Assembly (NCBI GenBank): GCA_041750855.1
Contig: JBGSYT010000172.1
Coordinates: forward strand, 6,802-70,801
DNA from: Pyrinomonadaceae bacterium
GTDB lineage: Bacteria; Acidobacteriota; Blastocatellia; Pyrinomonadales; Pyrinomonadaceae
Reading direction: 5' to 3'
Length of the DNA: 64,000 nucleotides
A program made the translations under genes and the position numbers. Shown piece after piece: positions 1 to 9,509 of this stretch; position 1 is the first letter of the stretch, and every line of letters begins with the position of its first letter. The notes below the pieces were generated by a model. It made no database searches. It was not told the origin of the DNA and saw only the letters and a list, made by a program, of their open reading frames with translations.

Positions 1-609
1 TTCATGATCCTTGTTTGCGGGCTCTTGGTGAACGGTTTTCAATATAGGGGCGAGGTTCGTGTCGAACGAAAGCATCTAAGTGATCTTCCGGCACGTCTTG
101 GTGGATGGGAACAGCGGAACGAGGACATAAGGTTCGACGAGGACACCGAAGAGGTTCTGAGGGCAACTGACTATGTTATGCGTGATTACTATGGGCCGGG
201 AAAAAGGCTAAATGTTTACGTGGGCTATTACGAATCACAAAGATCAGGAGCAACATATCACAGTCCGTTAAGCTGTCTTCCGGGTTCGGGTTGGGAATTG
301 ACGGAGCCGGAGCTGATCGAGATACAGACGCCGAAAGGACGGGTGTTGACGGTGAACAGGTACGTTGTCCGCCGCGGAAGCCACGCCGAATACCTGATCT
401 ATTGGTACCAGGGCAGGGGAAGGACTTTCTCAAATGAGTTTGCTGACCGGCTTTTTATAAGTATCGATAGTCTGATCCGGAGCAGAACCGACGGGGGTTT
501 GGTCAGAGTTCTGACACCACTTGGCAAGGACCCGGAGTATTCGTTGGCCGCAGCAAGAGATCTGACCGGGCATTTGGCCGATACTATTGGGGGATTCTTG
601 CCCGACTGA
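1..609 (+). CDS. epsI: EpsI-family protein (exosortase/PEP-CTERM locus accessory). The frame is open to the window edge, so the 5' end may be off-window.
   Basis: There is no stop between position 1 and the ORF at 4..609. The block YHSPLSCLPGSGW and the following YWYQGRGR region resemble the EpsI family that accompanies exosortase A. The gene lies immediately upstream of the PEP-CTERM-type EPS core genes. Confidence 0.75.
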   Translation, partial: FMILVCGLLVNGFQYRGEVRVERKHLSDLPARLGGWEQRNEDIRFDEDTEEVLRATDYVMRDYYGPGKRLNVYVGYYESQRSGATYHSPLSCLPGSGWELTEPELIEIQTPKGRVLTVNRYVVRRGSHAEYLIYWYQGRGRTFSNEFADRLFISIDSLIRSRTDGGLVRVLTPLGKDPEYSLAAARDLTGHLADTIGGFLPD

Positions 610-662
610 ACCGAAATAGAACGATTTTCCTAGAATTTTGTATGCTTTCGTACTAACTTATA

Positions 663-2372
663 GTGTCAAAAGGTAAGTTTGACGACGCTGGGGCCGTGAG
701 GCCAGTTCAAAACATGAGTGTGGAGTTTCGAAAACGCAGCTTTGCAGAATATCTGCGAATAGTCAGAAACCGCAAATGGCATATCCTGCTTCCGGCAGTT
801 GCTATATTTGCATCGGTTTTCTGGGTGGTTCGCGGCTTGCCGAACACGTATGTGTCAACTACTTTGCTTACCTTGACACCCCCTGCGATCTCAGAAAAGG
901 TGGCCCCCTCGCTGACAGACGATGACCTGTCCCAGAGGTTGCAAGCGATCAACCAGTCGGTCCTGAGCCGCTCTTCGCTAGAGCCGATGCTCGAGAAATT
1001 TGACCTTTATGCGGCAGACCGGGCCGCCGGAGTACCCATCGAGAGGGTTGTCGACCGATTGCGAGGAAATATAGATGTCATTCCCCAAAAGGCCGACAAT
1101 GAGAAAGTGGTCGGGTTCCGGATCTACTTCAGCAACAACGTTCCAAAAACGGCACAGGATGTTACGGCAGAACTTGCAAGAAAGTATGTTACCGCTCAAT
1201 CAGTAGAGTCGACCCTGAGTGCCGAGAACACGCGTGAATTCATAAACAATCAGCTTGCACAGGCAAAGAGCAGCATGGACTCGCTCGAAAAGCAGCGGCT
1301 TGACATCATGATGCAAAACGTCGAGACCCTTCCGGAATCGGCACAAGGTCTGATCGCCCAGCTTGAAGGGCTTAGGTCCCGCGAGGCGACGATCTCGAAG
1401 GATAAGGAAACTCTCATAAACGAAAAGGGCCGAATTCAGGAGAGCATCCGCTCACTGAACAGCCAGATGAGGCTGATAGAGAATTTTGGGGAAGGTGAAA
1501 CGAAAGCCGCAGTCGAGCAGGCGGCGCGTATTGAGGATACTCCGGCCTACGCCCAGCTTGCCCAAAAGAGAGCTGAATTAAACGCGCGGCTCGAAAACTT
1601 AAAGAAGCGTTACACAGAGAAGAATCCTGAGATCGTCCAAACAAGGACGGATATCAGCAAGTTGAACGAAGAACTTGAGAGGCTTGCCCGAAATAGCGAA
1701 CTCCGGGTTTCTCAAGCAAGCCAGGCTGGATCACGTCGTGCAGAACTGCAGAAGAAGAATCTCGAGATCGATCGAGAGAAGGCAGAAGGACAGATAGCAC
1801 AGATCGATCTGCAGTTGAACGCCAAGGATGACGAACTAAGGCAGAACGCCGGTCAGATCCTTATGTTGGAATCGAAGATCAACACCATACCGAATGTCAG
1901 GGTCGCTCTGGAAGGTGTAACCAATCAGCTTGAACTTGCCAAGTCGGCCTATGACGAGATCCTGAGGAAATACAACAACGCCCAGCAGCAGGTCGAGCGC
2001 GAAAGTAACGCGCAGGGTGAGACAATACGAGTGGTCGATCCCGCAAATCTACCGCAAACGCCGGAGAATGCATCAAAAAGACCCTTTTTAATGGGGGTCG
2101 GAGCGGCTGTCGGCCTATTGTTCGGGCTGCTTCTGGCCGCCGTGCTCGAGATTCCCAGGCTTCTAACGGTGCAAAGCGTCGAAGACGCAAAACACTATAC
2201 GGGGCTTCCGGTGCTTGCGTCCGTGCCTGAACTCCTGTCGGAAAAGGAACAGGAACGGGCGAAGCAGGTACATCGATTGAAGGTTGCGGCAGGTTTTGCG
2301 GCGGCCATTCTCAGTATTCCCGTACTTATAATCGCTCTTCAAGTGAGCAAGGTAATTGAAAGAATTAATTAG
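663..2372 (+). CDS. Polysaccharide chain-length determinant (Wzz/GumC-type co-polymerase, PEP-CTERM locus type)
   Basis: It has an N-terminal TM (WHILLPAVAIFASVFWVV), a long coiled-coil-like middle and a C-terminal TM (GVGAAVGLLFGLLLAAVL). The start at 663 is GTG, and an alternative ATG lies at 714. Confidence 0.8.
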   Translation: MSKGKFDDAGAVRPVQNMSVEFRKRSFAEYLRIVRNRKWHILLPAVAIFASVFWVVRGLPNTYVSTTLLTLTPPAISEKVAPSLTDDDLSQRLQAINQSVLSRSSLEPMLEKFDLYAADRAAGVPIERVVDRLRGNIDVIPQKADNEKVVGFRIYFSNNVPKTAQDVTAELARKYVTAQSVESTLSAENTREFINNQLAQAKSSMDSLEKQRLDIMMQNVETLPESAQGLIAQLEGLRSREATISKDKETLINEKGRIQESIRSLNSQMRLIENFGEGETKAAVEQAARIEDTPAYAQLAQKRAELNARLENLKKRYTEKNPEIVQTRTDISKLNEELERLARNSELRVSQASQAGSRRAELQKKNLEIDREKAEGQIAQIDLQLNAKDDELRQNAGQILMLESKINTIPNVRVALEGVTNQLELAKSAYDEILRKYNNAQQQVERESNAQGETIRVVDPANLPQTPENASKRPFLMGVGAAVGLLFGLLLAAVLEIPRLLTVQSVEDAKHYTGLPVLASVPELLSEKEQERAKQVHRLKVAAGFAAAILSIPVLIIALQVSKVIERIN

Positions 2373-2408
2373 TTTAGGAGCAGATCTAGACGGATCGAGA
2401 TATTTTGC

Positions 2409-3335
2409 ATGTATAAAGAATTTTTCAACCTTAAGGAATATCCGTTCAGCCTTACGCCGGACCCAAAGTTTATCGTTTTCACGCAAAGTTACAACGAACT
2501 CCTCGCGAGCCTTTATTACGGCATCGAGATGGCTAAGGGGTTGATCGTTCTAACCGGCGAGGTCGGCACCGGCAAGTCAACCGCACTGCGGTGGATAATC
2601 AGGCGGCTTGACTCAAGCGTCCTGGCGGCCTACATCGTCAATCCGCACCTTTCTATTGAGGAATTCTATCACCATCTCACCGAGATGCTGGGTCTTAAAG
2701 AATGGTCTAACAAGACGGAATTGCTTAATGAGATGTCCAGGCTCCTTGAAGAGCGTCATCGCCGTGGCCTGAGAACCGTGCTGATCGTCGATGAAGCGCA
2801 CGAACTTTCAGATGAGGTATTGGAAGAAATTAGACTTTTGCTTAATTTCGAATCCGATAATGCCAAGCACATTCAAATAATCCTTACGGGGCAGCCCGAA
2901 TTAAGGGAGACGTTGAGGCGGCCAAATCTGCGGCAGCTGAAACAACGAATTGCGCTTCGCTGTGTCATGCCCGCTCTCAAGAGTGTTAATGAGGTGAAAA
3001 GATATGTTACTGAACGATTGTTCATCGCCGGTGCGAACCAGCCGAACATTTTTTCACCCTATGCCATCGACTATATATTTCAGTGCTCCGAAGGCATTCC
3101 GCGGCTGATTAATAACCTCTGCGATAATTCAATGATCGCAGCCTATGCCGCCGGCGACCAAATAATCGGTCGAAGTACAGTCGAATCTGTAGCAGAAAGC
3201 CTTGATCTGCTGCCTGAAAGGGACACCATACTCCCAAGCGATCGGCCGATCGAGGTGGTCAACTCGGCGAGGGTCCTTACGCCGATCGGTCACGAGGAAC
3301 TAATGTCAGATCGGGCACGAGTGAAGTTAAAGTAG
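2409..3335 (+). CDS. ExeA/GspA-like AAA ATPase (PEP-CTERM system-associated ATPase type)
   Basis: Walker A is GEVGTGKST and Walker B is VLIVDEAH. The gene sits between the co-polymerase and the kinase, as in exosortase EPS loci. Confidence 0.8.
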   Translation: MYKEFFNLKEYPFSLTPDPKFIVFTQSYNELLASLYYGIEMAKGLIVLTGEVGTGKSTALRWIIRRLDSSVLAAYIVNPHLSIEEFYHHLTEMLGLKEWSNKTELLNEMSRLLEERHRRGLRTVLIVDEAHELSDEVLEEIRLLLNFESDNAKHIQIILTGQPELRETLRRPNLRQLKQRIALRCVMPALKSVNEVKRYVTERLFIAGANQPNIFSPYAIDYIFQCSEGIPRLINNLCDNSMIAAYAAGDQIIGRSTVESVAESLDLLPERDTILPSDRPIEVVNSARVLTPIGHEELMSDRARVKLK

Positions 3336-3404
3336 TTGGTGTTCGGGTAGAACGACGTGGTTTAAGATCGGGATGATAAGACGCTTGGTCGATATTCGCA
3401 GGAA

Positions 3405-4394
3405 ATGAAATTCTTAAGAACAATTCAGAAACGCCGTGAGGAGCTGCCGCAGGAGCGGGATGAGGTGAAAGTTGCTGAGGCGGAAAGGTCGGATCTCACG
3501 GAAAGCGACAATCATCCATCTGGATTACTTTCCCTGAGCGACCTTCGGATAGGTGCTCCGCGGCTCGAAGCGGCTGCTTCCCTCATGCCTAACGGACGAA
3601 AAGAGATCAACGGGGCCTCTATCGTTTCTCCTGGTGCGGCTCCCTCTCAATCAGTCGACGCCTTGCTCGCAAATGTGCCGAACCTGACGGTCAATATCGA
3701 ACGGGTCAATCCCCGGCTCGTTACCATAACGCAGCAGCGATCGCCCTATTCCGAGGAATATCGCAATCTAAGAACCCAGATCCTTCATAAAAGCAAGAAG
3801 AGGAAACTTCAGGCGATGGTGGTGGCGAGTGTCGGCCCTTCGGAAGGAAAATCGGTGACTGCTCTCAACCTTTCGTGGCTTTTTGCGCAGGCGGACGGCG
3901 TTCGGGCGTTGGTGATCGACAGCGACCTTCGTCGTCCGGCGATCTCTTCCTATCTCGGTATTGAGACAAAGTCCGGGCTTTCCGAGGTGCTAACGGGCGG
4001 AGCTACGTTGGTTGAGTCGATAATCCGCCTCCAGCCATCGGGGTTGTATTTGCTGCCGGGCGGCTCGGCTCGGAGCGACGTTGCCGAACTGTTGTCGGGG
4101 CCGCGTTTTGCAGAGATCTTAAGGGAAGCCAGGAGTTATTTTGATTACATAATCATCGATGCTCCGCCGCTGGGAATTTTTACTGACGCATCGCTCCTTA
4201 TCAATCTTTCTGATGGAGCGATGCTTGTTATCCGAGCGAATCATACGCGTTATAAGGATGTTGACCGCGTTCTCGACTCTCTCCCCCGAGAAAGGATGCT
4301 CGGAACGATATTAAACCAGTCGGAAACGCCGTTGCTGGACGAAAGCTATTACCGCTACGGCCTTTACGACAGGAATGACCCGATCAGGGCTTAG
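3405..4394 (+). CDS. Cytoplasmic BY-type tyrosine autokinase (CapB/EpsG-like)
   Basis: Walker A is VGPSEGKS, the A'-like motif is LVIDSDLRRP, Walker B is YIIIDAPP, and the C-terminal tyrosine cluster is ESYYRYGLYD. Confidence 0.8.
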   Translation: MKFLRTIQKRREELPQERDEVKVAEAERSDLTESDNHPSGLLSLSDLRIGAPRLEAAASLMPNGRKEINGASIVSPGAAPSQSVDALLANVPNLTVNIERVNPRLVTITQQRSPYSEEYRNLRTQILHKSKKRKLQAMVVASVGPSEGKSVTALNLSWLFAQADGVRALVIDSDLRRPAISSYLGIETKSGLSEVLTGGATLVESIIRLQPSGLYLLPGGSARSDVAELLSGPRFAEILREARSYFDYIIIDAPPLGIFTDASLLINLSDGAMLVIRANHTRYKDVDRVLDSLPRERMLGTILNQSETPLLDESYYRYGLYDRNDPIRA

Positions 4395-4408
4395 GTTGGC
4401 AGGAATTG

Positions 4409-5815
4409 ATGAGTACGAAGATCAGCCCACGAACGATCGGCCTGTTTGCCGCCGATATCGCGATAATATTCCTCGCGATAGTCCTCGCTCTTTATCTTCG
4501 ACTCGGCTGGACCGGAGCCGAATTCCAGATCCTGCAGAATAACGCTTTGAACAAAGCCGCACTTGCGGCCGCGATCTGCCTTGTCACCATCTATCTGTAT
4601 GATCTTTACGACTACAGCGTGATGCACCATCGTCGTGAAATGCTGCTTCGACTTATTCAGGCGACCGGCATCTCTTGGACGATACTTGCGATCACCTATT
4701 ATCTCGTACCGCCATTGATGATCGGACGAGGCACGTTGATCTATTCAGTGGTCCTGACGCTTGTGCTCCTGCTTGGTTGGCGGCTCATGATCCATTACCT
4801 CACTGGTCATCCGGATCTTGGCGAACGCGTGCTTTTTCTAGGTGCAGGGAAGGCTGCGGCGGAAACGGCAAATGTCGTTGCGAAACGACGCGATGCCGGC
4901 TACAGGATCGCCGGGTTTGTCGCTGTACCGGGGATGGAGAATGGCGATTCTCCGCGCAGCCAACTGGAACTTGGCGAAGCGAGGATATTGGGAACTGCAG
5001 ACGAACTGGAGCAGATCGTTCTCGACAAAAAGATCGATCGTATCGTAGTGGCCCTCGCACAGCGGCGGGGCAACTTTCCAACGGAGTCGCTGCTGCGAAT
5101 GAGTTTGGAAAACAGTGTCGATATCGAGGAATGTGCATCTTTCTACGAGCGAGTGAGCGGCCAGGTACATCTTGAAATGCTGCGTCCGTCCTGGCTGATC
5201 TTCTCGGGTAAAGATCGAGATACAAGGTTCATTCTCGCGTTCCGTCATGTGGTCAACCGATTGCTTGCGTTGTCAGGCTTAGTGCTTTCCCTTCCGGTCA
5301 TGCTGGTAACGGCCCTGATAGTAAAGCTCGAATCAAAGGGACCTATCTTTTACCGTCAAAAACGAGTCGGCAAGAACGGAACGGTGTTCGAATTGTTGAA
5401 ATTTCGATCGATGCGCGACGATGCTGAAGCCGACGGGAAGCCGGTTTGGGCCACATCGAACGATGACAGGGTTACGAGGTTCGGACGGTTTATCCGAAAG
5501 GTGCGCATCGACGAGATACCTCAGTTTTGGAATATATTGAAAGGTGAGATGAGCTTTATCGGGCCTCGTCCCGAACGGCCACATTTTGTGTCGGAACTCG
5601 CCGAGAAGATACCTTTTTATGAACACAGGCATCTGGTAGCGCCGGGCCTAACTGGATGGGCACAGATCAAGTATCCGTATGGAGCGTCAGTGGAGGACGC
5701 ACGGCAAAAGCTGCAGTACGACCTCTACTATATTAAGAATCAATCTCTTGCGCTCGATGCGATCATAATATTCGAGACCGTGAAAACGGTCCTGTTCGGG
5801 AAGGGAGGCCGATAA
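4409..5815 (+). CDS. Polyprenyl-phosphate glycosyl-1-phosphate transferase (priming sugar transferase, EpsB/WbaP-like)
   Basis: It has N-terminal TM helices and a C-terminal bacterial sugar transferase domain (LLKFRSM, DEIPQFWNILKGEMSFIGPRPERP, PGLTGWAQI). The ATG at 4409 is preceded by AGGA, and the ORF track starts at a TTG at 4406. Confidence 0.9.
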   Translation: MSTKISPRTIGLFAADIAIIFLAIVLALYLRLGWTGAEFQILQNNALNKAALAAAICLVTIYLYDLYDYSVMHHRREMLLRLIQATGISWTILAITYYLVPPLMIGRGTLIYSVVLTLVLLLGWRLMIHYLTGHPDLGERVLFLGAGKAAAETANVVAKRRDAGYRIAGFVAVPGMENGDSPRSQLELGEARILGTADELEQIVLDKKIDRIVVALAQRRGNFPTESLLRMSLENSVDIEECASFYERVSGQVHLEMLRPSWLIFSGKDRDTRFILAFRHVVNRLLALSGLVLSLPVMLVTALIVKLESKGPIFYRQKRVGKNGTVFELLKFRSMRDDAEADGKPVWATSNDDRVTRFGRFIRKVRIDEIPQFWNILKGEMSFIGPRPERPHFVSELAEKIPFYEHRHLVAPGLTGWAQIKYPYGASVEDARQKLQYDLYYIKNQSLALDAIIIFETVKTVLFGKGGR

Positions 5816-5821
5816 GGCATT

Positions 5822-6553
5822 ATGTTTTACGAGGGAAGAATGAAACTGAACTATCTTCTTGCGCGATTTTTGCTGGTCGTGTGCGGCGTCTTGATATTCA
5901 CTTCTGCGGGCGTCGGCCAGCAGCCCGCCGAGGCGTCCATGTCAGAAGAGGAAGCTGCGTTGCTGCCGTACTACAATAACTATCTTCGCGAGTATCATCT
6001 TGGTCCCGAGGACGTTATCTCGGTCCAGGTCTTTGGAGAGCCGAATTATTCAAAGACCGGCATAGTCGTTCCGCCCACTGCCAAGATCTCTTATCCGCTT
6101 ATTGCCGGCGGAATATTTGTTGGCGGCAAGACAACCGAGCAGGTCGCGGCGGAAATAACGAAGCATCTTGATGAGTACATTATCGAGCCGCAGGTGACAG
6201 TCACACTCGAAAAGGTCGGGTCGGCGCGGTTTGGCGTACTAGGGCGGGTTGGAACTCCGGGCGTTAAGCTCATGAACCGTCGCTACAGTGTCTATGAGGC
6301 GATTGCCGAGGCGGGCGGTATCGATAAAGAAGGCGATTCGAAGCGGGTGCTGCTACTCCGGATGAATAAAGATGGTGGTTTCACGCAAACGCAGATTGAC
6401 TTTAGCAAATTGACGTCAGGGAAAACCGAGCTCCCCTACCTTCTTCCAGGCGATCAAATCATTGTTCCCGGAAAAAGATGGAGCCTGGCAAAGGTGCTCG
6501 ACGCGGTCGGAAAGGCAAGTGCACTCCGCATCCTGTTTGGCTCACCCCTTTAA
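5822..6553 (+). CDS. Wza-like polysaccharide export protein (Poly_export + SLBB)
   Basis: It has a signal-peptide-like N-terminus. The motifs YHLGPEDVISVQVFGEP and LLPGDQIIVP are typical of outer-membrane polysaccharide exporters. An alternative start at 5840 (MKLNYLL) is preceded by GAGGGA. Confidence 0.8.
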   Translation: MFYEGRMKLNYLLARFLLVVCGVLIFTSAGVGQQPAEASMSEEEAALLPYYNNYLREYHLGPEDVISVQVFGEPNYSKTGIVVPPTAKISYPLIAGGIFVGGKTTEQVAAEITKHLDEYIIEPQVTVTLEKVGSARFGVLGRVGTPGVKLMNRRYSVYEAIAEAGGIDKEGDSKRVLLLRMNKDGGFTQTQIDFSKLTSGKTELPYLLPGDQIIVPGKRWSLAKVLDAVGKASALRILFGSPL

Positions 6554-6574
6554 CCGGCCTGTGGGCGGCGATTA

Positions 6575-7543
6575 ATGGGATTTCACCCAGTAAATTTTAT
6601 ACTGCTTGTTCTGTTCGCGGTGACGATTTCGGTGCCGGCGCAGTGGAAAAGGGTCGAGGTGGATAGCCTTTCATGGTTTCACGCTGTTCAATTCGTCGAT
6701 GAGCGTACGGGTTGGGCAGGGGGGAGCGGCGGCACACTTCTGCGATCGACCGATGCCGGACAAACCTGGAGGAAGGTTAAGCTTCCGACCGCCGACCTAG
6801 TGCGCGATATCTCTTTCTCCGATTCTGCGAATGGCTGGCTGCTCCTTGAACGAGACCGATTCGCACGTAAGGGGCGCGAGAATCCTTCGTATCTGATGCG
6901 GACGGCTGACGGCGGTGAAAGTTGGACACGTCATGAATTCCAGCCTGGAACCGAGGCTCGGACGCGGATAATTTCGAGGCAGGACGGCTCTATCTTTTCA
7001 ATAGGCGAGGGGGGCGTGATCGCCGGGCTGTCGGAAAAAGGCTTTGTGGAGCGGATCAATCTTCCTACCCGATACCTGTTTCTTAGTGGTTCTATTTTAG
7101 GCGGATCGCGCTTGGTAATTGTCGGTGGGGGAGGATCAGTTCTTGCTTCCGATGATTTGGGAAAGCTTTGGCATACGGTTGTATCAGGCGGCGGAGAGTC
7201 TGGCCGGAAGCTAAATTCGCTCTTTTTTGCGGATGATAGAAACGGCTGGGCCTGCGGCGACGATGGAGATGTGATCAGATCGGACAACGGCGGGCGTACC
7301 TGGCGTAGGATGGTGTCGGGAGTTAGAACCGATCTTTTAGACATTCGATTTGTAAACATAAGATCGGGATTTGCCATCGGAGAAAATGGCGTCGTGCTTC
7401 GTTCCGGTGATGCTGGGGAAACCTGGGCGGCCGACCGCCCCGTTACGAAGCACCGCCTGCAGAGGATCGCGTTTGCGGGGAAGCGAGCGATCGTGGTCGG
7501 ATTTGGCGGAACCATCCTGACGACCGATCTGGAAACGAAATAA
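6575..7543 (+). CDS. Secreted BNR/Ycf48-like beta-propeller protein
   Basis: It has a signal peptide and repeated Asp-box-like motifs (STDAGQTW, TADGGESW, SDDLGKLW, SDNGGRTW, SGDAGETW). Confidence 0.7.
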   Translation: MGFHPVNFILLVLFAVTISVPAQWKRVEVDSLSWFHAVQFVDERTGWAGGSGGTLLRSTDAGQTWRKVKLPTADLVRDISFSDSANGWLLLERDRFARKGRENPSYLMRTADGGESWTRHEFQPGTEARTRIISRQDGSIFSIGEGGVIAGLSEKGFVERINLPTRYLFLSGSILGGSRLVIVGGGGSVLASDDLGKLWHTVVSGGGESGRKLNSLFFADDRNGWACGDDGDVIRSDNGGRTWRRMVSGVRTDLLDIRFVNIRSGFAIGENGVVLRSGDAGETWAADRPVTKHRLQRIAFAGKRAIVVGFGGTILTTDLETK

Positions 7544-7583
7544 GCGGTTGCGTGATTTTGAGGGTCACCCAAGACAATAGACG

Positions 7584-9509
7584 ATGTGCGGAATAGTTGG
7601 AATTGCTGGCGATCTATCGCGCGAGGAATGTCTTGACTTAGTCGGGAAGATGAATCGCGCTATCGAACATCGCGGCCCCGACGACGACGGTGCATGGGCC
7701 GAAGACGGTTTTGGTTTTGGAATGCGTCGCCTCAGTATCATTGACCTTGCCGGCGGCAAGCAGCCTATCTGGGACAAGGCGACCGGCAGCGGTATCGTCT
7801 TTAACGGTGAGGTTTACAATTATCGTGCATTGCGTGCCTCGCTCAGTTCGAATGGTTCGGATAGTTGGACGACAGAGAGTGATACCGAAGTTGTTCTGCG
7901 AACCCTGGTTAAGAAGGGTGAAAAAGGAATTCACGATCTGAACGGCATGTTTGCCATCGCAACTTGGGACCCCCGAACAAAAAAGCTTTTGCTTGTCCGT
8001 GACCGGATAGGTGTTAAGCCGCTTTATTATTTCTGGGACGGCAGGACATTCGTTTTCGCGTCCGAGATCAAGGCGATCCTTGCGTCAGGGATCGTAGACC
8101 GAACGATCGATACGCAATCACTTTGGGATTATCTGACTTACCGCTATGTCCCGGGCCCCAATTCCATCTGGAAGAATATTTATAAATTGCCGCCGGGACA
8201 TCTGCTTCGATTTAGTCCGGGACAAGCTCCCGAAGTAGAAAAGTACTGGGAATCCGACGTGGTAAGTGAAGATAGTTCGGGGCGTACGGAAAAAGAGATC
8301 GACGACGAATTCGCGGCCCTTTTTCTTGATGCTGTCGAACTTCGACTTGTGGCCTCGGACGTGCCCGTGGGTGTTTTCCTTAGTGGCGGGTTAGATTCGA
8401 GCGCCATTGCGGCCGCCGCCGTTGAAATGGGGCACAAAGCGTTTCATACCTTTTCCGTCGGATTCGAGGAGGGTGGGTATTATTCCGAGTTAGGGTTTGC
8501 GAAACAGGTTGCCGAACACGTTGGTGCGAAATATCACGAGATCGTACTTAACCAGAGAAAGTTCCTCGATATGCTTCCGGAGATGGTCTATGCGACCGAC
8601 GAGCCGATGGCGGACCTTTCGACGATCTCCTTGCTTGCTGTATCGAAGCTTGCTCGTGAGCACGTAAAGGTTGTGCTGTCCGGTGAGGGAAGTGACGAAC
8701 TGCTTGCAGGGTACGAGTTTGGCGAGTCCGAAAGGCATTGGAACAGGATCCGGCTTCTTCAACGCGTTCCCTCAAAGGCGCTCCGATTTGGTGCGGCAGT
8801 CAGCCGATTCGGGCCGCGTCGCTTTCGCCCGGGGATCGAGAGGGTCGCTACCATACCTCTAGATGGTTGGAACCGCGAGCACTTACCTCATATCTCAGTG
8901 TTGTTCGGTCAGCAAGAAAAAGAGCGACTCTGGCCGGGCCCGGTCGCTGAACCAAGCGAAAGGATTCTCGCGGCCCAATATGCTGCGGCCCGTTCGCTAG
9001 ATCCGCTTCAGCAATCTCTTGCGGTCTATCAAAAAGATTGGCTCGTCGAAGATCTGCTTATGAAGGCCGACAAGGCCTCGATGGCGACATCTCTTGAAGC
9101 ACGGACACCGTTTCTTGACTATCGCTTGGTCGAGTGGGCAAACCGGCAGCCTAATTCCTTCAAGGTCAGGAGGATAGGGATTAACCGATACGAAACGAAG
9201 AGTGTACTTCGCCGTTTTTGCCGAAGCCGGTTGCCGAAAGTGATAATCGAGCGACCGAAGAGAGGCTTTCCAGATCCGGCTAACATGTGGCTTCGTAATG
9301 GTTTGGAAGGATGGGCGAACGAAACGGTCCTGGGAAGCGAAAGCAGGATCGCAAAGATATTCGATCGGATCACTATTGCTGAGGAAATATCGGCGGCAAT
9401 GAACGGAAGTCACGTTGCTGGAGAAAAAGTTTGGTCGCTGATCGTTTTAGATTTTTGGATGAGGGAGTGGAATGTAGATCCGGTCCAGCAAGGACTTATG
9501 TTCCGATAA
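7584..9509 (+). CDS. asnB: Asparagine synthase (glutamine-hydrolysing) family amidotransferase, paralog 1
   Basis: The N-terminal MCGI gives the Ntn Cys2 nucleophile. The PP-loop is FLSGGLDSS. The length and layout match AsnB. Confidence 0.9.
   Translation: MCGIVGIAGDLSREECLDLVGKMNRAIEHRGPDDDGAWAEDGFGFGMRRLSIIDLAGGKQPIWDKATGSGIVFNGEVYNYRALRASLSSNGSDSWTTESDTEVVLRTLVKKGEKGIHDLNGMFAIATWDPRTKKLLLVRDRIGVKPLYYFWDGRTFVFASEIKAILASGIVDRTIDTQSLWDYLTYRYVPGPNSIWKNIYKLPPGHLLRFSPGQAPEVEKYWESDVVSEDSSGRTEKEIDDEFAALFLDAVELRLVASDVPVGVFLSGGLDSSAIAAAAVEMGHKAFHTFSVGFEEGGYYSELGFAKQVAEHVGAKYHEIVLNQRKFLDMLPEMVYATDEPMADLSTISLLAVSKLAREHVKVVLSGEGSDELLAGYEFGESERHWNRIRLLQRVPSKALRFGAAVSRFGPRRFRPGIERVATIPLDGWNREHLPHISVLFGQQEKERLWPGPVAEPSERILAAQYAAARSLDPLQQSLAVYQKDWLVEDLLMKADKASMATSLEARTPFLDYRLVEWANRQPNSFKVRRIGINRYETKSVLRRFCRSRLPKVIIERPKRGFPDPANMWLRNGLEGWANETVLGSESRIAKIFDRITIAEEISAAMNGSHVAGEKVWSLIVLDFWMREWNVDPVQQGLMFR

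Noticed and set aside
6931-7572. A 213-aa minus-strand ORF antisense to the BNR/Ycf48-like gene
   Set aside because: It is Pro/Ser/Arg-rich, low-complexity and has no motifs. It lies entirely opposite a gene with clear repeated Asp-box motifs, which is typical of a shadow ORF in GC-rich DNA.
9496-9509. A 14-nt convergent 3' overlap of asnB paralog 1 and the FemAB-like gene, considered as a regulatory feature
   Set aside because: The overlap is real in the sequence. However, short convergent overlaps are common in compact genomes, and there is no associated structure. It is noted under the amidotransferase finding only.
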